From Actinomycetes bacterium (lineage in GTDB: Bacteria; Actinomycetota; Thermoleophilia; BMS3ABIN01), in the NCBI GenBank assembly GCA_024276735.1, contig JAJRWQ010000095.1:1-60705 (forward strand): 60,705 nt of DNA, written 5' to 3'. How positions within the stretch are numbered: position 1 is the first letter of the stretch; the number at the start of each line of letters is the position of its first letter. The notes below the pieces were generated by a model. It was not told the origin of the DNA. It saw only the letters and a list, made by a program, of their open reading frames with translations, and made no database searches. A program made the translations under genes and the position numbers. Of this stretch, positions 54,127 through 60,705 are shown in pieces.

Positions 54127-56009
54127 CCCCCGTTCGCCGGCGCCGGCGGATGGGCGAAGAAGGCTTCCAGGATCCGGCGTGCCGTGGGCGCGGCGACGCT
54201 GGCGCTGCCGCCGCCCTGCTCGATCAGCACCGCCACCACCACCTGGGGATCGTCCGCGGGGGCGAAGGCCACGTACCAGGCGTAGTCGGTCTTGCCCACC
54301 ACCTGGGCGGTGCCCGTCTTGCCGGCTACCCGCGGCGAGAAATCGGCAAAGGTGTCACCGGAGGTGCCGCCGGTCTCCGCGGCCTTCACCAGGCCTTCGC
54401 GCACCACCTCCAGCTGCTGCAGGGAGACGTCGAGCTGGCGGGTGTCCTGCGGCTGCAGGTCGGCAAGAGTGACACCGGTGACCTGGTCCTGCACCCGCAG
54501 GCCCACGTGGGGCGTCACCAGGCGGCCGCCGTTGGCGATGGCGGCGTAGACCCGCGCCATTTGCAGCGGCGTCACCAGGATGTCTCCCTGGCCGATGGAA
54601 AGGTTGACGCTGTCGCCCGGCAGCCACATGCGGTCCACCTCGGTCTCTCCCACCGCCTGTTTCCAGGCGGGATCGGGCACCCGCCCCACGGCCTCGCCGG
54701 GGAGGTCGACGCCGGTGGCGCCGCCCAGCCCGAAAATCTCCGCCCAGCGCTGGATGCCCAGGCTGTCGGCCTTGTAGAAGCGGTAGCCCACGTTGTAGAA
54801 GTAGATGTCACAGGACTCGGCGATCGCCTTCTCCATGTCCACGTCCCCGTGGGAGCTCCAGCACTTGAACGGCTGGGAGAGCACGTCCCAGACGCCGGTG
54901 CAGGTGAAGTCCGTCAGCGGCGTCACCACGTTTTCCTGCATGCCGGCGATGGCGGTGACCGGCTTGAAGGTAGATGCCGGCGGGTACTGGCCGGCGATGA
55001 CGCGGTTGAGCAGCGGGTCGTTGGCCCAGGGGGCATTCAGCTCCTGGTAGTACTCCGGGCTCATTCCCCCCACCCACTGGGCCGGGTCGAACGAGGGGTA
55101 GCTGGCCATGGCGTAGATCTCGCCGTCCTTGGGATTCATCACCACCGCGGCGCCGCCGTTGGCGGCGTAGTAGCCCTTGCCGTGGGCGAGGTCGATGCCG
55201 GCGGCGAGCGCCTCCTCGGTGGCCTTCTGCACCTCGCTGTCGATGGTGAGCACCACGTTGTTCCCCGGCTGGGCGTCTATGCTCCTGAGCTCGCGCTTGG
55301 GACGCCCGGCGGCATCGACCTCCACCTCGCGGCTGCCGTCGGTGCCGCGCAGGTAGCGGTCGAACTGGTACTCGACGCCGTCCTTGCCGATCTCGTCGCC
55401 GAGGCTGTAATCGGAGTAACGGGGATCACGCAGCTCCTCCTCGCTGATCTCGCCCACGTGGCCCAGGACGTGGGCCGCGGTGCTTCCCTGGGGATAATCC
55501 CGCAGCGGGTACTTCTTGATGTCCACGCCGGGGAAGTAGAGGGGCATGCGCTCGATCAGGTAACTCTTCTGTTCCGGCGTGAGGTCGTTATTCACCACCA
55601 CCGAGCGGTAGGTGTCCTCGGCGTGCCGTTCCAGCTGCTCGCGTATCTTCTGGGGCGGCACGTCGATGGCCTTTCCCAGCTCCTCGATCTCGCGGTCCGG
55701 GTCGGCCAGCGCCGGCGGGAAGACGGTGACCGCCAGGCCGGCGCGGTTCTCCACCAGCGGCTTCATGTTGCGGTCGTAGATGATGCCCCGGGGCGCTTCC
55801 TCGCGGATCTCGCGGATGCAGTTGTTCTGGGCCATGGCCACGTAGTCGTCGGCGGCGATCACCTGCAGGAACCAGAGGCGAAAGATCAGCACCGCGAACA
55901 TCATCACCGCCACGCCACCGAGGACGCCGGCGCGGAACGCCAGCGACGGCGGCTTGCGGTGAGGCCGGCGGCGGCGCCTACTTCCCGAGAGAAAAGGCAC
56001 GCTGCTCAC
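54123..56009 (-). CDS. mrdA: penicillin-binding protein 2 (elongation transpeptidase)
   Basis: N-terminal TM, PRGIIYDRN, transpeptidase boxes STFKP (SxxK), SCD-type SxN region, KTGTAQV. Confidence 0.92.
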   Translation of the reverse strand: MSSVPFLSGSRRRRRPHRKPPSLAFRAGVLGGVAVMMFAVLIFRLWFLQVIAADDYVAMAQNNCIREIREEAPRGIIYDRNMKPLVENRAGLAVTVFPPALADPDREIEELGKAIDVPPQKIREQLERHAEDTYRSVVVNNDLTPEQKSYLIERMPLYFPGVDIKKYPLRDYPQGSTAAHVLGHVGEISEEELRDPRYSDYSLGDEIGKDGVEYQFDRYLRGTDGSREVEVDAAGRPKRELRSIDAQPGNNVVLTIDSEVQKATEEALAAGIDLAHGKGYYAANGGAAVVMNPKDGEIYAMASYPSFDPAQWVGGMSPEYYQELNAPWANDPLLNRVIAGQYPPASTFKPVTAIAGMQENVVTPLTDFTCTGVWDVLSQPFKCWSSHGDVDMEKAIAESCDIYFYNVGYRFYKADSLGIQRWAEIFGLGGATGVDLPGEAVGRVPDPAWKQAVGETEVDRMWLPGDSVNLSIGQGDILVTPLQMARVYAAIANGGRLVTPHVGLRVQDQVTGVTLADLQPQDTRQLDVSLQQLEVVREGLVKAAETGGTSGDTFADFSPRVAGKTGTAQVVGKTDYAWYVAFAPADDPQVVVAVLIEQGGGSASVAAPTARRILEAFFAHPPAPANGG

Positions 56010-56574
56010 CCCCGATCAGCCAGCGGCAGACCACGAACACCGGCATGGTCAGCAAGGCGTTGAGCACCGCCGTGGGCAATACCACCCGGAAAAAGATGAA
56101 TGAGGCCGTGGCCTCGACTCCCAGCAGGAACATCACCAGCACGTCTAGCCCCTGCACCACCAGGGTGACCACGAAGACCGCCGCCACCAGCGGCAGCCAG
56201 GAATACTCGGGGTCGATGCCCTCCGTGTAGCGGCCGCTGAAGTAACCGCCCAGCGTGTAGAGAAAGGAGCTGACACCCAGGATCTGCACCAGGGCCACGT
56301 CCAGCAGCAGCCCGGCGGCGAAGCCGAAGACGGCGCCCCACATGGGCCCACAGAGCATCGCCACCGCCACCACCACGATCAGGGTGACGTCCGGCTTGGC
56401 CCCCAGCACGGTGATGTAGGGCGCCAGGGTGGCCTGCACCACCGCCGCCAGCACCAGCAGCAGGAAGAGCCGGGCGTAGAAAGACGGCCCCTCCCGGATC
56501 AGCGGGGCACGGGCGACGTTCTGCTCTTCCAGCACCGGCAGCCGCTTGTCTACCCTGGCGGAGCCCACGGTCAT
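55978..56574 (-). CDS. mreD: rod shape-determining protein MreD
   Basis: Start ATG 56574 (ATGA overlap with the mreC stop). Very hydrophobic: ...FLLLVLAAVVQATLAPYITVLGAKPDVTLIVVVAVAMLCGPMWGAVFGFAAGLLLD... Embedded in a longer spurious track ORF. Confidence 0.85.
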   Translation of the reverse strand: MTVGSARVDKRLPVLEEQNVARAPLIREGPSFYARLFLLLVLAAVVQATLAPYITVLGAKPDVTLIVVVAVAMLCGPMWGAVFGFAAGLLLDVALVQILGVSSFLYTLGGYFSGRYTEGIDPEYSWLPLVAAVFVVTLVVQGLDVLVMFLLGVEATASFIFFRVVLPTAVLNALLTMPVFVVCRWLIGGEQRAFSLGK

Positions 56575-57440
56575 CTCCCCTCCTCCACCAGCGGCACCTG
56601 GTCGGCCCCCGCCGGCGGTATCAGTACCAGCACCTCTTCCAGCCGGTCGAAATCGACGAAGGGGGTGACGGCGATGCGCTTGAAGTAATCGACCTCCTGG
56701 TCGGAGACGCCGCTGACGACACCGATGGGCACTCCCTTGACGAAGAGCCTGCCGGTGCCGGAGGTCACCACCACGTCGTTTTCCTCCACCTTTGCTTCCT
56801 TCTCCACGAAATCCATCTCCAGCATGCCGTTGACGCTGCCGATCACCGTTCCCTGGGCCTGCGATGATTGCACCTTGGCCTCCACGCGGCTGGTGTTGTC
56901 CACGATCAGCAGCACCTGCGCCGAGTTGCCGGCCACCGCCGATACCTGTCCCACCAGCCCCTCGCCGTTGACCACGGTCTGCCCCATGGCAATACCGTCG
57001 TCGCTGCCGCGATTGATGGTGATGGTGGCGTTCCAGGCGGAGGCGGAGCGGCCCACCACCCGCGCCGCCACGTGGCCGTAGTCGTCGGGATAGAAAGGCT
57101 GGTCCAGGATGCCCAGCATGCTGCGCAGGCGCCTGTTCTCGGCGTCGGCCTCCCGCAGCGCCACCAGCTGGCCCCGCAGCTGTTCCACCTCGCGGTGGAG
57201 TTCCTCGTTCTCTCCCCTGGCGTTGACCAGGCTCGCCATCCACCCGTAGGCATCCCGGAAGGGCGTGATGATCACCGAAATGCCCGATTCCAGGGGTGAG
57301 ATCAACCTGAGGCCGCCGCGCTGGGAAGCATGCAGCAGCCCGTCGTCGGGCTCGCGGAAGTACCAGGTAAGCATCGCCACGGAAACGAGGATCAGCAGCA
57401 CCAGTACCGCCTGCCGTTTTATTACAGTCTTGCGGACCAC
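56571..57440 (-). CDS. mreC: rod shape-determining protein MreC
   Basis: N-terminal TM, coiled coil (ENEELHREVEQLRGQLVALREADAENRRLR), beta-rich C-terminal domains (VVNGEGLVGQVSAV..., VVTSGTGRLFVKGVPIGVV). Confidence 0.92.
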   Translation of the reverse strand: MVRKTVIKRQAVLVLLILVSVAMLTWYFREPDDGLLHASQRGGLRLISPLESGISVIITPFRDAYGWMASLVNARGENEELHREVEQLRGQLVALREADAENRRLRSMLGILDQPFYPDDYGHVAARVVGRSASAWNATITINRGSDDGIAMGQTVVNGEGLVGQVSAVAGNSAQVLLIVDNTSRVEAKVQSSQAQGTVIGSVNGMLEMDFVEKEAKVEENDVVVTSGTGRLFVKGVPIGVVSGVSDQEVDYFKRIAVTPFVDFDRLEEVLVLIPPAGADQVPLVEEGR

Positions 57441-57462
57441 GGTAGGACCTGGTCGTTCTTGT

Positions 57463-58467
57463 CTAGAAGCGGCGCTTGGACTTGGTGTGTTGCGAGCTCT
57501 TGTGCAGCGCCTCGAATTCCTCGAGCGACCGCCCGGAGCCCACCGCCACGCAGGTGAGCGGTGACTCGGCCATGTGGATGGGCATGCCCGTCTCCTCGCG
57601 CAGCCGCTCCGGCAGCCCCTGCAAGAGCGAGCCGCCGCCGGCCAGCATCACGCCCCGGTCCATGATGTCGCTGGCGAGCTCCGGTGGTGTCTTGTCGAGG
57701 GTGGTACGCAGGGCGTCGATGATCGCCGAGACCGGCTCCGCCAGCGCCTCGCGGATCTCCTCCGAGGACATCACCACCGTCTTGGGCAGGCCGGTGACCA
57801 GGTCGCGGCCGCGGATCTCCGCTTCCACTTCCTCGGCCAGGGGGTAGGCGGAGCCCACCTCCAGCTTCAGCTCCTCGGCGGTCTGGCTGCCGATCATCAG
57901 CTTGTACTCTTTCTTCACGTGGGCGATGATCGCCTCGTCCATCTCGTCGCCGCCGACGCGGATCGACTGCGAGGTGACGATGCCTCCCAGGGAGATCACG
58001 GCCACCTCGCTGGTGCCGCCGCCGATGTCGACGATCATGTTCCCCGTGGGCTCGCTCACCGGCAGCCCGGCGCCGATGGCGGCGGCCATCGGCTCCTCGA
58101 TCAGGTAGCAGAGCCGCGCGCCGGCGGAGAGCGTCGCTTCCTCCACCGCCCGCTTCTCCACCCCGGTGACCCCGGAGGGAACGCAAACCACCACCCGCGG
58201 GTGCGCCCAGCGGTTCTGGTGCACCTTCTGGATGAAGTGCCTGAGCATCTGCTCGGTGACGTCGAAGTCGGCGATGACACCGTCCTTCAGCGGCCGGATG
58301 GCGCTGATGGAACCGGGGGTGCGCCCCAGCATCCGCTTGGCCTCGGCGCCCACCGCGTGCACTTCGTTGGTGCGCTGGTCGATGGCTACCACCGAGGGCT
58401 CGCTGAGCACGATGCCGCGGCCGCGCACGTAGACCAGGGTATTCGCCGTGCCCAGGTCCACCGCCAT
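57463..58467 (-). CDS. mreB: rod shape-determining protein MreB (true start possibly ATC 58509)
   Basis: [48 protein letters not shown]. See the finding on the non-canonical start. Confidence 0.94.
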   Translation of the reverse strand: MAVDLGTANTLVYVRGRGIVLSEPSVVAIDQRTNEVHAVGAEAKRMLGRTPGSISAIRPLKDGVIADFDVTEQMLRHFIQKVHQNRWAHPRVVVCVPSGVTGVEKRAVEEATLSAGARLCYLIEEPMAAAIGAGLPVSEPTGNMIVDIGGGTSEVAVISLGGIVTSQSIRVGGDEMDEAIIAHVKKEYKLMIGSQTAEELKLEVGSAYPLAEEVEAEIRGRDLVTGLPKTVVMSSEEIREALAEPVSAIIDALRTTLDKTPPELASDIMDRGVMLAGGGSLLQGLPERLREETGMPIHMAESPLTCVAVGSGRSLEEFEALHKSSQHTKSKRRF

Positions 58468-58817
58468 GTCGCGGCCGCCGAAGCCAGCGAAGTAACTGAG
58501 AAACCTGATGGAAGTCTCCTTTCCAGCTTAAGCCCTGACAAATCGAAAGAAGCAGCTATTTATGATAACAAAAAAGACGGCCGGGAAGATAACTGGTTTT
58601 TTTACGCCGCCGTGATGCCGCAGCGCCCGCAAATACAGGGAAACCCGCGATTTCCGGCAAAAAACGGCCAGCGCCGGCCGGGGCGCGGCCTGCATGGCCG
58701 TGGCCGGCGCCGTCCCGGGGAGCGCCTCCCGCGGTTCACACCCTGCAGCCGGGCCCAAGGTTCAAGTCATAACACTCGAGCTATGGTCAAGGGTTAGCGC
58801 GGGCGCGGCGCGCCGGC

Positions 58818-59489
58818 TCAGCCCAGCAGGCAACGGGGCCAGACGCCCAGCCGGCGCAGCGCCGAAACCAACAGCGGCACCGGCAGGCCCACCACGTTGG
58901 TGTAGTCGCCCTGGATCTCCTCCACGAAGGCCGAGGCCCGCCCCTGGATGGCATAACCCCCGGCCCGGCCCCGCCACTCTTCCGTGGCTAGGTAAGCCTC
59001 GATCTCCGGGACCGCCAGCTGCGAGAAGCGAACGCCGGTGGCGGCGCTGGCGGTCCAGATCCGCAGGCCCTCGCGGCCGCCGGCCTGGCCGGGATCCAGC
59101 TGCTCCCCGAACGGCGGGCCGGCCTCCTCCCCCGCCGTGCCGCCTGCCTCCCCGGGCCATACCAGGGTGATGCCGCTGAAGACCTGGTGCATGCCGCCGG
59201 AGAGCAGTTGCAGGTACTGGCGGGCCTCGCCGGCGGTCGCCGGCTTCCCCAGCACGCGGCCGCCGGCCACCACCACCGTGTCGGCGCCCAGCAGCGGCCG
59301 TGCCGGCGACGGCGGTGCTACGCGGGGCAACACCGAGCAGGCCTTGCCACGACTGTGCCGCTCCACCAGCTCCACGGGAGTGAGCGCCGGCGGATCGTCC
59401 TCGCGGTAGTCCGGCGAGAGCACCTCGAAGTCGATGCCCAGCGCCGTCAGCAGCGCCTTCCTCTGGGGAGATTTGGAGGCGAGATACAC
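58818..59489 (-). CDS. maf: Maf-family nucleoside triphosphate pyrophosphatase
   Basis: YLASKSPQRKALLTALGIDFEV, GADTVVV, KAGGYAIQG-like RAGGYAIQGRASAFVEEIQGDYTNVVGLP. Confidence 0.88.
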   Translation of the reverse strand: MYLASKSPQRKALLTALGIDFEVLSPDYREDDPPALTPVELVERHSRGKACSVLPRVAPPSPARPLLGADTVVVAGGRVLGKPATAGEARQYLQLLSGGMHQVFSGITLVWPGEAGGTAGEEAGPPFGEQLDPGQAGGREGLRIWTASAATGVRFSQLAVPEIEAYLATEEWRGRAGGYAIQGRASAFVEEIQGDYTNVVGLPVPLLVSALRRLGVWPRCLLG

Positions 59490-59502
59490 GCTGCCGGCAC
59501 CC

Positions 59503-59916
59503 TCAGACGATCTCGCTTTCGTCGAAGTAGAGGGCTATCTCGCGGGCGGCGCTCTCGGGCCCGTCGGAACCGTGAACGATGTTGGCCACGATCTCCAAGC
59601 CGAAGTCGCCCCGGATGGTGCCGGGCTCCGCGGCCAGGGGGTTGGTGCTGCCCATCATCTTGCGGACCACGGAGATCGCCTCCGGCCCCTCCAGCACCAT
59701 CGCCACCACCGGCCCGGAGGTGATCGAGCTCACCAGCTCGCCGAAGAACTCCTTTTCCCGGTGCTCGGCGTAATGTGCCTCCGCCAGCCCGCGGTCCACC
59801 ACCAGCATCTTCATGGCGCGAATGCGAAAGCCGCGCCGCTCGAAGCGGGCCACCACTTCGCCCACCAGCCCCCGGGCCACCGCGCCGGGTTTGACCAGAA
59901 CGAATGTCCTCTCCAC
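59503..59916 (-). CDS. ndk: nucleoside diphosphate kinase
   Basis: Start GTG 59916 preceded by [41 protein letters not shown]..., NIVHGSD active-site His motif. The upstream part of the track ORF is non-coding. Confidence 0.93.
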   Translation of the reverse strand: MERTFVLVKPGAVARGLVGEVVARFERRGFRIRAMKMLVVDRGLAEAHYAEHREKEFFGELVSSITSGPVVAMVLEGPEAISVVRKMMGSTNPLAAEPGTIRGDFGLEIVANIVHGSDGPESAAREIALYFDESEIV

Positions 59917-60066
59917 TTTTACTCCTCCATGTCCAAGCTTGCCATGACACGGGGCGCGGCCGCCCCGAACCCCACTCCCGGTTCCGCCAGGTTGACGTGC
60001 CTGTCGCACCAATCCCGCCGCGTGGGCGCCGGCGGCGCTCCCGTGCCAGCACTGGACGCTCCGCGT

Positions 60067-60089
60067 GAAAAGACGCCGAGAACGGCGCC
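60067..60089 (-). terminator. intrinsic terminator downstream of the zinc-ribbon membrane protein gene
   Basis: Minus strand GGCGCCG-TTCT-CGGCGTC followed by TTTTC. Confidence 0.5.
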
Positions 60090-60155
60090 GTGACGGTTCA
60101 ACTGCATCATGCCCGCCTGTCCCGCAGCGGGGCAAGCCGGTACGCCGCCGCGGAA

Positions 60156-60662
60156 TCAGGGAAAGATCTCTTCCTCCTGGGCGGCGGACGCCGCCTTCAC
60201 GTCGCGGGCACAATAGGGGCAAACCTGCCACGCGGGGTCCAGCGGCCTGCCGCAACTGCCGCAGGAAACCTTCAGCCGCCGCCGGCAGTTGGGACAGACC
60301 AGGTAGTCTTCACGCACCAGCGCCGAGCAGGAAGGACAACGGGAAACGCCGCCTATCTCCCGGCGGCGGGCCTGGATCTCCAGCTCTCGCTCCTCCACGT
60401 CCTCCAGGTATTCCGGCGGGCGCAGGATGGTGTAGAAGAGGGTGCCCAGGTAGGGAAAGATGAACGAGGTGGCCACGGCGATGCCGATCATCAGCGGGTC
60501 GTCGATCCGCCGCTTGGCATCCTTGTAGGTCCAGTAGACCAGCGCCAGCCACAGCGCCACCAGGACCGCCTTGGTCATCAGGGTGGTAAAGCTCCACCAG
60601 GGGGTATCGAAGAAGCTCTCGGCCTCCTGGGTGGCATCGGCTTGCAGTATCAGCATGTGCAT
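60156..60662 (-). CDS. membrane protein with C-terminal double zinc ribbon, hypothetical
   Basis: Two TM segments ([35 protein letters not shown]), then CPSC...CPNC...CGSC...CPYC. Confidence 0.7.
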   Translation of the reverse strand: MHMLILQADATQEAESFFDTPWWSFTTLMTKAVLVALWLALVYWTYKDAKRRIDDPLMIGIAVATSFIFPYLGTLFYTILRPPEYLEDVEERELEIQARRREIGGVSRCPSCSALVREDYLVCPNCRRRLKVSCGSCGRPLDPAWQVCPYCARDVKAASAAQEEEIFP

Positions 60663-60705
60663 GGCTTGGCTCCCGGGAACGTCGTCACCGGCCTAGGTCG
60701 CCATC

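Noticed and set aside
58530-58817. 76-aa minus-strand ORF (58528-58758) and other ORFs in the maf-mreB spacer
   Set aside because: No SD and no recognisable motifs, and the region contains terminator-like (CGGCC-GGCGCT-GGCCG-TTTTTT) and AT-rich promoter-like sequence. I treat it as intergenic.
60663-60705. Possible 3' end of another minus-strand gene at the window edge
   Set aside because: Only about 40 nt are available, which is too short to support any call.

Overview
High-GC chromosomal segment from a Gram-positive-type bacterium. Nearly all genes are on the minus strand and follow the conserved Actinomycetota/Bacillota backbone: leuS ... FliA/WhiG sigma-xerC-dprA-comM-yraN-rnhB-lepB-rplS-trmD-rimM-KH-rpsP-ffh ... 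ftsY-smc-rnc-acpP-plsX ... pyrF-obg-rpmA-rplU-RNase E/G-radical SAM pair-rodA-pbp2-mreDCB-maf-ndk. Four accessory blocks sit inside this backbone. (1) A plus-strand four-gene operon behind a cobalamin riboswitch with two tandem terminators. It encodes DUF4430 / alpha-alpha-toroid (transcobalamin-like) surface proteins and a polytopic membrane protein, and I read it as an uncharacterised B12 capture/uptake system. (2) Two type II toxin-antitoxin pairs beside tRNA-Ala(GGC); in one, the HTH antitoxin is interrupted by an in-frame amber codon. (3) A Rieske / cytochrome b6 / subunit IV operon led by a membrane-anchored multihaem cytochrome c. (4) A ~9.3 kb insertion between ffh and ftsY. It carries crcB-DUF190, a 4TM-phosphodiesterase fusion coupled to an EEP hydrolase, a His-rich protein with two SHOCT genes behind a structured leader, Cys-rich mini-proteins, and a NERD-SF1 helicase that is a candidate single-gene defence protein. 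I also mapped several consensus promoters, intrinsic terminators, a 21-bp perfect inverted repeat with phased A-tract repeats upstream of comM, and a probable non-canonical ATC start for mreB. Many very long ORFs in the track are antisense shadow ORFs typical of high-GC DNA and were rejected. All homology statements come from reading motifs by eye; no database search was run.
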